This document shows positions 26,583 through 39,351 of a DNA stretch of 64,000 nucleotides, in pieces. How positions within the stretch are numbered: position 1 is the first letter of the stretch; each line of letters opens with the position of its first letter. A program made the position numbers and the translations under genes. The notes beneath the pieces were generated by a model. The model had not been told where the DNA came from. It made no database searches and worked only from the letters and a program-made list of their open reading frames with translations. Source of the stretch: Trypethelium eluteriae (Eukaryota); NCBI GenBank assembly GCA_051942245.1, contig JAVECL010000052.1, positions 1-64,000 of the forward strand. The letters are read 5' to 3'.

Positions 26583-28409
26583 ATGGATTCGAAGGTGGAA
26601 CCAATGGCCGAGAGGCAAGAAATTGAGTTCTCAGTAGAAGATGTAGCTTTGGAGAAGCTTGGCTACCAGCGCGGTCCGCCCTACGACATCGTTGTACGAC
26701 AAACTCGTAATTGATAGAATACAGAACTCAAGCGAAATTTCGGATTTTTCGGGATGGTTGGGTTTTCATTTTCTATCGTGACCTGGTCTGTCCTGCCCGA
26801 GACCGTTAGAGTAAGGCAATTTTGGCTGACATGTTTCCAATCCAAGTTGGAGCGCACTTAGCGGGGTGCTGATTGTCGGCGTGGAGTCTGGGGGCCCACC
26901 AGTCATGATATGGAGTTGGATTGGTGTCTGTATTGTTTCGCTTTCGGTGGCATACTCGATGGCTGAAATGTGCTCTGCCTATCCCACTGCCGGTGGTCAG
27001 TACTCTTGGGTCGCCATATTAGCACCGCCTCAATGGTCTCGAGGTCTATCATACGTGTGTGGATGGTTCATGCTCATAGGTCAGTGTTCCGGTGGAGGTC
27101 CCAAAATGTCTTCCATCACCAACAGGCAATCGCAGGTATCTGTGCTATGGGTGCACTCAACAACTTTGTCTTCGCGAATTTTATCCTCGGAATGGCGAAC
27201 CTCAGTCACCCGGAATACACGATCGAGAGATGGCACACAGTCCTAGTCGCTTACGCTCTCGCATTCTTTACTTTCGGCATCAATCTGTTTGGCCCGTCGC
27301 TCCTTAACAAAATTTCCAAAGCCAACCTTATCTGGAATATAGGCTCCTTTCTTGTCATTGTCATTGTCATATTGGCCTGCAATGATCACAAACAAAGCGC
27401 GGGTTTCGTCTTCGGAGACTTCCAGAATTTCTCCGGCTTCAACCCGGCGTACGCGGCCATCATTGGTACAATCCAAAGCGCTTTCGGAATGTGCTGTTAC
27501 GATGCTCCTGCACACATGACTGAGGAAATGCTAAGACCACGAAAACAGGCTCCCCAGGCAATTGTTCTCTCTGTCTGGCTAGGTGCCATTACAGGATTGA
27601 TTTTCTTGATAGCGTGCTGCTTCTGCATTGGCGATATCGAGACAACGGCCAGCTCCACAACGGGCGTCCCATTGATCCAAATCTTTTATAACTCGACCGG
27701 ATCCGTCCCTGCGGCTTGTGTTCTTGTGTCCCTGATCGTCATCGTTGATGTTGTTTGCGGAAACATGCTTCTTGCGGAAGGATCACGCTCAATATACGCG
27801 TTCGCCCGAGACGATGGGTTACCATTTTCAGCTTTCTTCAGCAAAGTCAATTCAAAGCTCCAAATTCCAGTCAACGCAATGGCATTGACCCTCTTTGTCC
27901 AAATTGTCCTTAACTCCATATACTTTGGAACAATCACTGGATTCAACACTGTCGTAACGATCGCTACAGAGGGTTTCTGTAAGACATAAGGCACTCGACT
28001 TCATATGGAAAATCATGGCTAACGCAACCATGTATGTGTAGATGTCTCGTACGCCATGCCTCTTTTCGCCCGCGTCGTTTCCCGAATGCTTGGGCAGAAG
28101 CACGACCTCGAAGGTCCGTGGTCCCTTGGCAGATACGGGCTCCCACTCAATGTAATTGGACTCCTTTTCCTGCTCTACGCAATCATTACGTTCAACTTTC
28201 CATCTCTATACCCTGTCACAAGCGAGAACATGAACTACACTTCTGCCGCCGTCGGGGTCATCATGTTCATCAGTCTTGTCACGTGGATCACGACTGGAAG
28301 GAAACACTATACCGGACCGGGAAAGAACGCGCCTGTGGGTTCGTGCTGTGCTCAAGTACTTGGTAAGGAGGGAGAGAAAATAGAGGAACAGCCAGGGTTT
28401 TCCATTTGA
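26583..28409 (+). CDS. APC-superfamily amino acid/choline/GABA/polyamine permease (ACT family)
   Basis: LEKLGYQR|ELKRNFG, SMAEMCSAYPTAGGQYSWVAILAP, YDAPAHMTEE, SRSIYAFARDDGLPFS, ENMNYTSA. Many hydrophobic segments and about four introns. Confidence 0.88.
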
Positions 28410-29728
28410 GCATGTAGAGTGCCAATTTCCTAGGTGGAAGGGATCTTTCTAAGACAAAAATGCTGCTGCAAAGAATTCGTTCAATGTTCTCTGTGATTGT
28501 TCTGAGACGAGTGACCGGAATACCTGCGCTAGCTCACCGCTGCTGTAGTGAGGCTTCCTGCAGTATCGTACCTACCTATCTCGGTCATGCAAGATCCTCG
28601 TGAAGGCAACAGCACAGGCAGAGCCATACATGACATTCGTAAGAAATCGGACAGTTCTGAGCCAGACCGCTGAACGCAGTCATGTAATTCCACCTATCTG
28701 CTTTGTTGCTCGTGGGCACACGCGTATGGTAGGGTGGAATCTCCATTCGAACTATGGTTGTTAATCGAGAAAAGCTGATTGGATAGATTTCAATCAATGA
28801 CGTCGTGTGTTGACACCTTCTGGCTTCACGGCACTCCGTAAGCAATGTTGGAACATCAGCTTCAAGATACTGTACTTAATCAATTTCATGGATCTTGCAG
28901 TGGATAGAGCTTTGCCTTGAGTAATTGCCGTCTGCAATGAATGACCCGATGAGGCTTCCAGGGATATGCAGTAACGTTTCCCACTCTTGGCTACTCATAG
29001 GCATTTGCCATCCTTCAACTACGTCTTGGATCATCAAGCCGAACCTCGGACCCTGCATCAACAAATCGGCTCAGTCTGCAGGACCGAAAAAACTGTGGAC
29101 TGCAAGGGTGAACATCAAAATTTTAGTTTATTCCTTCTTTCCGGCATGGAAGCTTCCAGTCCCGTTCATTGGATTCTTTGTTGTGCCTGTTAGAGCCAAG
29201 TGGGCCTGTTGCGTGGCAAAGGGTCTTGCATCATGCTCTGCTCTCCTACTGACAGGATGAGGATCAGCACTTGGAAACAGCAATCGAAACAGCTATCGCT
29301 TCCCTCCAGCAACCACTGCAGGGTGGCAGTATAGGCCCTCACAGGCGGTGAGCACACCATCTCATCGCCTGTTCGTCGTCTCGTCTGCCCAAGGCACCCA
29401 AGGCATCGGCTTTGAAACGCAGATAACGAGTAGCGAGACGCGGCTTCTCAAGATGGAGTGCCGGCGGCAACCGGAGAGACACCAGGGGGAACAGCGGGGC
29501 AGATCCGGGACCAGCCATTGGATGCCGCAGCTTGCTTAACCAATCTTGCGGTCGAGACCTCCGCATGCAAGTCCATGACAACATCATGCCTAGCGCGTCC
29601 CCGCATGCATGATGAGGAGCAATATATACCCCTTCCGCCTCTCACAGCAGTCCGATTCATAATCGACATTTGGCTTCTTTTACTGCCACCTTTCTGAACA
29701 ATTCCTCTAATCTCCTCAATCCATCACA

Positions 29729-31507
29729 ATGACTTTTACGAGTAACGGCCCGAACGCTACCGCTCATGCCCCAGACGGCAAGAAGAACGGCGACCTCCAC
29801 CGAGATGTGAGTAGACAACAATGGGCCAAACGAATATAGTGCTAATGCTTCCTTAAGTACAACGACGACAGAAATGCTCAGTCTCAGGATGCTCTCTACA
29901 CCACCAGTAATGGTGTGCCTATGCCACATCCTTATGAGACCCAGCGGGTCGGCGAGAATGGCCCTCTGCTTCTCCAAGATTTCCACCTGATCGACCTCCT
30001 CTCACACTTCGACCGTGAACGTATCCCGGAGCGAGTTGTTCACGCGAAGGGTAGCGGTGCTCACGGATACTACGTCACCACCGATCCTCTTGATGATATC
30101 TGCGCTGCCGACATTTTCCAAAAGGGCAAGAAGTGTCCAGTCACTGTCCGATTCTCTACTGTCGGTGGTGAATCTGGTTCTCACGACTGTGCCCGCGACC
30201 CCCGTGGCTTCTCCGTCAAGTTCCGCACTGACGAGGGCAACTGGGACATGGTCGCAAATAACACTCCTGTCTTCTTCCTGAGGGATCCAGCCAAGTTTCC
30301 TCACTTCATCCACACCCAGAAGCGTGATCCCGCGACGCACTTGACTGGTGCTGATGACTCTACGATGTTCTGGGACTACCTGTCTCAAAATCCCGAGTCC
30401 ATCCACCAGGTCATGGTCCTCATGGGTGACCGGGGTATTCCTGACGGCTGGCGCTTCATGCACGGCTACTCAGGCCACACGATGAAGCTCGTCAACAAGA
30501 ATGGCGACTGGGTTTACACCCAGTTCCACATGAAGTCGAAGCAGGGCACCAAGTTCATTACCCAGGCTGACTCCGCCACCAAATCCCCTGACTACGCCCA
30601 GAAAGACTTGTACAACGCGATTGAGAAGGGCGATTACCCCTCCTGGGATCTTGCTGTACAGACCATGACGCCCAAGGAGGCTGAAGAGCTCTGGGAGAAG
30701 CAAAAGATCAACGTCTTTGACTTGACACACGTCTGGCCCCAGAAGCAATTCCCTCTGCGCAAGATTGGCGAGTTCACTCTCAATGAGAACGTCCAGAACT
30801 ACTTCGCCGAAGTCGAGCAAGTCACATTCAACCCATCACACATGATCCCGGGTATCGAGCCATCCGCCGACCCGGTCCTCCAAAGCCGTCTCTTCTCCTA
30901 CCCTGACACCCACCGTCACCGTGTCGGCGTCAACTATCAGCAGCTCCCAGTCAACGCACCTCGTGTCCCGTACCGCATGGCCAACTTCCAGCGTGACGGT
31001 AACATGGCATTCTACAACCAGGGCTCACGACCAAACTACCTCTCCAGCATCGAGCCCATCCAATTCCGCCAGCGCAGCGTTGACCTCAACAAGACACACG
31101 GACACTTCTCCGGTGAGGCCATTGCCTTCCTATCAGAAATCCGACCTGAGGACTTCAATGCTCCTCGCACGCTATGGGAGAAGGTCTTCGACGACGGTGC
31201 TCGCGAGCGATTCATCAACAATGTGTCTGGCCACATGAGCACATGTCGCGAGAAGGAGATCATCAAGCGCCAGATCGGTATCTTCCGCGAGGTCTCGGAG
31301 GATCTTGCCTCTCGTCTCGAGAAGGCCACAGGTGTCAAAGGATATCCAGGCATTGCTGACCTGAGATTCAACGGCACTCACAATGGCATGGCGAAGGAGA
31401 AGAGCAACAGGATTGCGAACGGCATGACCAACACAGTCAGTATTAGCACGACTGGTAATAACGGTGCTCCACGGGCGGGTACACACAAGGGTATCGCTGC
31501 CCATTAG
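29729..31507 (+). CDS. Monofunctional small-subunit heme catalase
   Basis: Active-site signature FDRERIPERVVHAKGSG and heme-ligand signature RLFSYPDTH. Exon 1 is 29729-29806, intron 29807-29857. TATATA at 29623-29628. Strong C-ending codon bias. Confidence 0.95.
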
Positions 31508-31545
31508 ATAAGATGAATGATGATTGGAAGTGCGCCTAGATACCT

Positions 31546-31599
31546 TGGTTGCAAATAGCTTCATAGGTGGTTGCAAATAGCTTCATAGGTAGTTGCAAA
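31546..31599. repeat. 22-bp tandem duplication (~2.4 copies) just downstream of the catalase stop
   Basis: TGGTTGCAAATAGCTTCATAGG twice, then a partial TAGTTGCAAA. Confidence 0.85.
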
Positions 31600-32551
31600 A
31601 ATTTGGATGTTGTCATGAAAGACAGTTAATCGTGCTGCAATTGTGTATTCCCATTGTGCCATTCTGTCACAGTAGCGGAGTGACACTTCCCCCAACACTC
31701 GTGTACCAAGAAGTGTGAAGTTTGTATAAATTGACCTGCTCACCTAGTTTTGATTGAGTTTCTGCTCTGCGCATCAAGTTATAATGGCAGCTTCCCAATA
31801 CTTATGCTCAGTAGTCGGAGTGGATGTACGAAATAGGCGATCACTGCAACATGAAGGTCGCTCCGTTGTCGACCATGACACTCAGAACCATTATAGCGCC
31901 GAGAAACATTAGTTGGTGCGATGCTGCAGCTGGTAGGAAATGATGGATGATAGATAAAAAGGTAGATGTCTGCCAGATGTGCTCAAGGTAGAAGGTACCG
32001 TACCTAGCGTGCGTAGGTACCTGGGCAGGTACCTCCCTACCTAGGGCAGATAAGGTAGATAACCCGACCCTAAAATCACGTGTCTTATCTATCTCGTGCG
32101 CCCCCACGCCCCGCTAATGTGAAGTTCCATGTCACCACGTTATCCACCGTTATCCACACCTAGACTTTCTTTTTGTTCACTTTGTTTTTGCTCGCAACCC
32201 TAAACGGCCGTTAGCGAAATCTGGCGATATCCGAACCGGTTATGCTTAATTCGAGACCTGGTGTTCGGAAAGCCCAGTTTCGGGTGGCTTACCCGGCTCC
32301 GGATCCATCCCCAGCCACTTTCTGGGGCACCCTGTAGTACCCTGTACCACGTCTACCTACGGACTCCATCGATTAATTGTTCTAATCCCATGCCAGCATC
32401 ATATCCATCTGGAACCTTAAGGACATGCAAATATATGATACTTGTCAAGTTGACCTTCAAGAAAAACTCCAAAGTCTGTTACATTGCTTTACTGACTTTT
32501 GCCCTAGTCTATACTCCGCATAAATTAAATACAATAATTCTCATACAAGTT

Positions 32552-35500
32552 TTAATCCCTACCTGAGTTACCGTACAGTTTCTTAAAGTGAGAGTCACGC
32601 TCGAGTAGAACGTGTGGACGATCATATTCCACAAGTCGACCCTTGTCTAGGACAGCGACGCGGTCAAAGTCCATGATCGTGTCGAGCCGATGCGCAACAG
32701 CGATGATGGTATGTCGCGCGAACTTCTGTCGAATGACACGCTGCATCAGAGCATCGGTCTGAGCATCAACGCTGTTGGGTGCCATCAGTCAATGATTCTT
32801 GCTGTCAATCTGAAAGACAAACGCAGATGCGGGAGGGGTGCGAAGGGAGACAATGAAATAGAGCTTACCTGCTTGTCGCTTCATCCAAAGCAAGAATTGT
32901 ACTTGGCCGAAGCAGTGCTCTAGCCAAGCAAAACAGCTGTCGTTGCCCATGTGAAAGGAACAGTTCATCGATAGGTGTGTCCAGCCCACCCTTTTCCAGT
33001 ACGAGATCCCATAATTGAACACTCTTGAGAGCCTCAATGATATCTTTGTTGGATGCAAGATTCTTGGAATCTGCGTTGAAGCGCACTGTACCATTCATCA
33101 GATATGTATCTTGTGGTACACCGATAAGCCTTGATCGGATCTCTTGTCGAGGGATGGTAGAAATGTCGAGCCCATCAATTGTGATGGTACCACTGCTGAG
33201 CTCGATCATCCGGAAGATGCAGGCCACCAGAGAACTCTTCCCACTGTGTGAGAGGTGTCAGCTAAAGTTCGGGACACAAGCTGCGGCACAACAGCGAGCT
33301 TACCTTCCCGTCCTTCCGCAGATTCCTATCTTCTGGCCGGCCTCTATCGATAAAGAGACATCCTTCAGTACCAGCTCTGATGGTCTAAGTGCACGGGAGA
33401 GTTAGAAGCTTACAGTACAGCAACGTTGATTGACTTACCTGTAGGCCGCGGACACACCTTGAAACTCAAGAGCGCCTCTGGATGGCCATGTGGGTGGCGG
33501 GTCTTCCTTCTCTGAGGGTAAGTGCTCTGGCTCGGTATCGCGAGTAAATGCTTTGATCCTAGCGAGAGCGCCGATGTGTGTTTCCAATGTTGTCCAAAAG
33601 GTAAGCAGCAGCTTCAGGTATTGACTGAACAGGATGACGTTCACGAGCGCCACGCCAACAAATCCAGCATTAAGCTTCCCTCGGAGCTCAACGACAAGTA
33701 CGATCAGCATTACTGCAATGCCCGCGACGATGAGATCGAGAACAAGAGTCAGGCAACGCTGTATGGCATAGAGAAGGTAGAATGGCCGCTGCGATCGGTC
33801 TAGCAAGTCACGGCTCTGCTTTTCCAGCATGTTTTGCCATCCGAATGCACGCACTGTTGCAAGTCCGCTGAGGCATTCGACGAATTGCGAGTACAACGGC
33901 GACTTTGCCTCAAGATCCAAGAATCGCATTTGGCGCGAGGTGCGCAGGTAGACTTTTTGAACAAAATAAATGACGAAAATGCAAACGGGGAAAGAAATCG
34001 CGGCATATACCGAAGCCACAGCAATCAGGATCATTTGTGCGAAGCAAATAATGAAGGCTGCGGATGAAAAGTCAGCGAGGCAACGAGCATTTCGCCGAGG
34101 TAAGGATTGCGGAGGTTGTGGAAAGGACGTACTTGCTGCGCAATTTAGTGCAGACAGTGGCAAGTCCATGTCAATGAGCTGCAGATCCTGACTGAATCGA
34201 TTGATCGTAACACCAGTGTCTGTTGTCGCAAAAAAGGACATTGGTGCGCTATTGTTTCCAGGAATTAGCCTTCCTAGTGATGTATGCTTCATAGCGTGGT
34301 ACAAACCTCAGAGTCGTTTTAAGTAGCATCCAATGAAAATTCTCGGCGGACCGAGGCACCATAGTGATGATCAATTGCCTATCATGCGACTTAGCATTCG
34401 AACAATGATTAGATTATTGTTGGAGGGACTGTTGGTACTGACCAGCAACTTAGTACGAGGCAGATCAAGGCTATCGCCCCCAGAAAGCCATATATCCCTA
34501 GCCAGTAACCCAGTCTCTGATTCGGTGCAAGTAGATTGGCTTCAGCCCACCATTTTACCCAGATGTCTTCAGAGATCGTCATTAGCGATTGACGTATTCT
34601 CGTTGTTGCTTCTTTTGAAGGACATGGAAGGGAACTCACTTGGAAACGAGATGCCGAACACGTAACAAGAGATACACACGAGAAAAATAATCGTAGGAAT
34701 CCATCCAATTGCCTGAACATAGTAGAGATACACAGCCGAATCCCCTGTGCGTCTAGTGTTATCCGCTTCAAGCTCGGGAGATTCTACCTTCAATTCAAGC
34801 AGAGCAGAAGCGGACGTAGTAGACTTTTCCTGAACTTCTGATTCCTCGTGCTTCGGACTGACGTTCGAATCGGCAGAAGAGAACGAAGAAGCCGAGGCAT
34901 ATCCTCCATTCGCCTGCAGCTCATCGAAGCTTCCTTGTTCAGCAATCTTGCCGTCGCTGTTGAGAACAATAATATGATCGGCATTCGGAAGTCGTCTTGC
35001 TAATGCAAGTGTCAGCAGTGGCGAGAAATATCATTGCGTCTCAAGGACAGGAGCTGCATAGTGGCTGAGTATTCTTGGGAATGAGCGCACTTACTGGAAG
35101 AAGAAACCATGACAATGGTTGCGCGAAGCCGTCGCAGTAAGCCATACTGATCAAGAAGATTTTGGAATACTCTCTTTTCTGTTCCAGCATCGAGACCACT
35201 GAGGATATCATCCAAAATAATAATTTCTTTCCGAGAATATACAGCCCGAGCTAAGGCCTTTGATGAAAAGTTAGAAGCTTGTTACGAGACGATCAGCCGC
35301 GAAAGCTTACCAAGCGTTGACTCTGACCACCACTCAGTGCAATTCCTTTACTTCCAACAATGGTCTGATCACCACGAGGCAATTGTCGCAAATCGTCTTC
35401 AAAAGCGCAGGCTCTAATTACCGTCGTGTACCATTCCTCGTCAAAATCAGAGAAAGCGGTGATGGTCTGCCGAATTGTGGTACTAGTGTGCCATGCGGTC

Positions 35501-37967
35501 TGGTCACAAAAAGCAACGCTTAGGGACGAAATCTGGACAACCCCCTGCACCGAAGGAACTTCGCCCAATATAGCTTTCAGAAGCGTCGATTTTCCACACC
35601 CTACAGGACCAACTAGAACAGTGAGTTTCTCTTTTGGCACTGTGATGTTGATAGATGTTAATTGCGGGTCCTTCTCCTTATCCCAGCCGAAATTTCCCTC
35701 GCGAATTGCGATGGCTGTGTCGTTAGGAAGAGGATTGTACTCTTTGTGTAAGGATACGGCTTTCGGCTTCACCTTCTCCGATGTAGTATCGCTTTCTCCC
35801 GAAGTTGCACCAAGATCGGAGCTCTGATAATCGTTATCGAAGTGTAGCTCTGATGGCTTCTCTCGTTTATCTTCTCTCACATCGGCTTGCAAAAACTTCT
35901 GTATCCTTTCGAAACAGCCTACGGAACCCGCGAACGTGGAAAGTGACATGATGAGAGTCGAAAGAGGATCAGTGAGCAGAGCAAAAAGTGAGAGGGATGT
36001 GAAAACTCTGGCTGTATCTAAAGTGGTATTACCGTCTTTGTTTCTGGCCATGACCGAGAAGACAGCAAAAGTAAGCACTGGAGCAACCACTGGGCCAAAA
36101 TAAGCTACAAGAGGTGTTAGAAATAGCTTTCTCAATCGGATTAAATCACAAAGTGAGTGCCTACCAAAACCCAAGTTCCAAATCAACAGCTTCCTGAATC
36201 TTTTGGAGATGCGAATTTCCTCAAGCCTCAAATTGTGTAATTCTGTGCTTAGAGTCTCTGTCAGACCGCACATCTTCACACTTTTCATTGACCCGAGCAT
36301 AGCAGTCGTAGCATTAATACGTCTCTCAATCGCTTCAAGCCACATGGCTTGGCGAGACATGACAAGACTTGTCGCAACCAGCGATCCGACAAGTGAAGCT
36401 GCACGTTGTTACCATCAACTCCAACGTGCAAAAATATGAAGGCAAGGAAAAGCATACCTATGGCTACTGCAAGTGGTATGACACATGCAACACCAAGTTG
36501 TCGTTCTAAGAGATAAATGGCTAGTGCTACTTCTATAATATTGGCCCAGATCTCATGCATTGTCTGCCAGCCCGTCGTGATACGCTCAATATCAGCACTC
36601 ATAAGCGTTAGCGATGCCGCAGGATCTGCAGCCGTCATGCTGAGATGGGTCATTTTGCTGTAAATCATGGAGATGAGGCCTCCTCTTGCCATGGTGATTG
36701 CCCGGTACGTCATGTGTTGATATTGTCCTGTGGATACCTTTTCCCAGGGACTATTAGTAGATATAAGTGTGAGTGATGGAAGAGATACTGACCGCGATTC
36801 CAACATATACAAGAATGAATGCACCGATGAGTCCATATCCATTATTGGTCGATTGTGCGTCTACTGGGGCTACCGACAAGTTCACAGCAGTATCAATCAA
36901 GAAAGGTTGACAATACATGAAACCAGTGAGACATAAGCGAGGGAGGACCGCCGAAAGCAGTGTCCACTTAATGCTTTTGAAGGTGACTGAGAGCAATGAT
37001 TGAGAGGCCTTATCACCTAAAGCTGTAATATTGCCATCAGTGTGGGCTGGGTTATGAAGGGATTTGACTATAGCGAAAGTGAATCAAACCTTTTTCCCAA
37101 GCTGATTGGAGCAGATAGTGGAGATAATCTGAGCTGAGGTGCTTGTCAAGGTGGAACAAATCGTCGATACCAAGCGTAATGGAAAACCCTTTGCGGAACA
37201 GAGGCCATTGCCACGAGAAGAATAACTTGCTGAAAATACTACTCGTTGCTTCCGAGGGATAGGACTTGTACGGAGCCTTTAGGGTTGACCGTTTCTCTAT
37301 CGCTTCCAGTATTAAAAGCACACATTTGACGCAGGTGCTGGTCGTCAAGACAGCAGCAATCGCGCGGTCATCATGACTGAGCCACGAAGTCCTAACACGT
37401 GCGATATCAAAGAGAAGAGACAAGAAAAGATAGGCATCGAGGATAAGAGACGGCCGAACAGAGCGTGTATGCTCGACGTACGATAGCGACCATTGAACTA
37501 AAGCCCCTATGAAACCGACCACGGCAGCAGCAGTAGATGCATTAGTCCTGACAATCGGAGTCTTTGTCACGAGGACGAGGAGAGCCAGCTGCAGACCCGC
37601 AAAGATTGCAAATGAAACCTTTTACACGTAAGCAGATGACATCAGAGGAACCATTCTTTAAAGTAGCGTGAACTGTTTTCGAGACAAAATGCAACTCGCT
37701 TCTGGGTGGGGAACGTACCAGCTTCAAATAAAGCAGTGGGCCTGGCAGGACTTTGACCTGCTTCTTTGCCAGGTACGCAAGCCGGAAAGGGGCGATGAGC
37801 AAAAGCAAACCAAGCGGCAGGATGAAGAGGATGGTCTCCTCGAACAGCAGAGTGAAGTCGAATCCCCCTCTGCAGTCCCCAACCACAGGGCCGAAGGTGT
37901 TGTCATTCCTCATGCACTGGGAGAGCGACAAGGGCGTCGGCTCTGGCTGGGAGGGCAGCGAGGCCAT
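32552..37967 (-). CDS. ABCC/MRP-type full-length ABC exporter, multi-intron
   Basis: N-terminal FGP...CRGGFDFTLLFEETIL. NBD1: GPVGCGKST, LSGGQSQRL, IILDD. TMD2: NRFSQDLQLID, YLRTSRQMRFLDLEAKSPLY. NBD2: GRTG|SGKSS, LSHGQRQLFCLARAL, LALDEATS, AHRLDTIMDFD. More than 10 short introns. Confidence 0.93.
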
Positions 37968-39319
37968 GACGAACCGGAGCCTCCGTATGTCGAGGGAAAA
38001 GCTTCTTGCTTCTCGGGCCTGATGCAGAGCTACTCTGATGAGGGTCGAAGGTCAGGACTCGAAGGGGTATATTGTGCTCTGATCCATAACCTCTGCTTCC
38101 AACACTGACTTGCAGACTGATCGACAACGGAAAAATTCCAAAGCTGTCAGTTCATGCAGCAGAGTCCCATGGGACGGTGACATACGTAATGCTAAGGCTG
38201 CTTTCGGCAATCAACCTTCAGAGCAGTGTGGCTCAGGGCGAAGAAAGTGGCTTGCATTCAGCTTGCTATCTGCCTCTCCATATTTCTATACCGTCACGGC
38301 ACGGTGGATCGATAGACAGATGCTAGAGTGCGGATCCCTCGCTATACTAGCAGATCCTCGCCATGTATTTTTATCTGCCAATGGGCCTGTTGAATTTTAA
38401 CCGGCATATGTAGGGAGGGTAAATTTCTAGAAGAGCTGCCTTCCATGCGAGGATTTTTAATGACCTGATTATTTGCGACGCTAGCGGCATGCCGCGCGCT
38501 GGTGGTGTAGTCTGCTCCTTGGGACCTGTTGGACAGGCGGGGCCGACGGGTCGCCTTTTGGTGGCTTTTGGCCTTACCAGTTTGGTCATTTAACTTTGGC
38601 CGCGTGGTCCTCAGGGCGGTAGAATACGTAGGTGTCACAGTTTAGCTGCACGCGAACCGACTGACTACTTCTAACCGAAGTAGGATCTTTCCCAATCGGC
38701 TTGACCGGAGGAGGTAAGAGCAACGGGAGGGTGGCCAGCTGAACCTTGAAGGTGCTAAAGTAAAGATCACCATTATGCGCGGCCCCCAGCAGTCGATCAA
38801 GGACTTGCAGGACTTGCAGGGCAAAGCGAATGCCGAGATATCCCGCGACGCCAATCGCTGTCGGTGCCGGCCGAAGGAGCTATCCCAGCATTTTCCAGTG
38901 GACGAATGAAGCTTAGTACGACGGCAGACAGAGTAATAGGCCAAGCGAGCTATCCGAATTGGTAAGCGAGCAAGCCCCTGGAAAACGTCACTGACGCATC
39001 GGTACCCCTGGCCGGTAGTCCCCTGTCTCAGATCTGGGGAACTACAGCACCCTGGCAGTCTGAAGTGCCTAGGCTGGTCCATCGCAGCACCGCAGCACCA
39101 CAGGCTCGCGTTCGCGTCAGCACACAGCACCCCATGAAACAAAAAGTGGAGCATATTGAGAAACGCAAACAGTCCAGACAGCAGGCACAGAGGAGCCCGG
39201 CAAAGAAAATTCCCCAAAGTTTGGGACCTACGATATTCTTCCAGGGTTTTTGTGGAGAGCAACCAAGAGGGCAGGCACGGTAGGGTAGCAGCTCCACCCG
39301 CCCGGTCGGCCAGGCGGCG

Positions 39320-39351
39320 CATTCCGTTAGCGGTTCATTCCGCTAGCGGCT
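39320..39351. promoter_or_regulatory. 16-bp tandem repeat, each unit with CATTCC overlapping CCG-N4-CGG, in the ABC/NRPS divergent region
   Basis: CATTCCGTTAGCGGTT CATTCCGCTAGCGGCT; CCGN4CGG at 39324-39333 and 39340-39349. Confidence 0.45.

Noticed and set aside
31505..31516. Cryptic PTS1 by stop-codon readthrough in the catalase
   Set aside because: The context is TAG ATA AGA TGA, which is not the TGA-CTA readthrough motif, and the extension (x-I-R) is not a PTS1.
30002..31576. Several long antisense or alternative-frame ORFs over the catalase
   Set aside because: They are expected by-products of strong C-ending codon bias and show no protein motifs.
32140..32158. TTATCCAC(A/C) pair resembling bacterial DnaA boxes
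   Set aside because: The context is intron-containing fungal genes with no bacterial sequence, so this is a chance match.
32195..32204. CAACCCTAAA as a telomerase RNA template
   Set aside because: Filamentous-ascomycete telomerase RNAs are roughly 2 kb, and only ~350 bp remain before the ABC stop codon. I could not identify a pseudoknot or CR4/5. A telo-box promoter motif is a simpler explanation.
32205..32300. tRNA or hammerhead ribozyme reading of the hairpin segment
   Set aside because: No D-stem or acceptor-stem pairing is consistent with a cloverleaf. CTGGCGA breaks the CUGANGA hammerhead core, and stems I/III are not evident.
38642..39322. 226-aa minus-strand ORF in the ABC/NRPS intergenic region
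   Set aside because: Its Arg/Cys/Ser/Leu-rich composition is typical of non-coding frames, with no domain motif; treated as promoter DNA.
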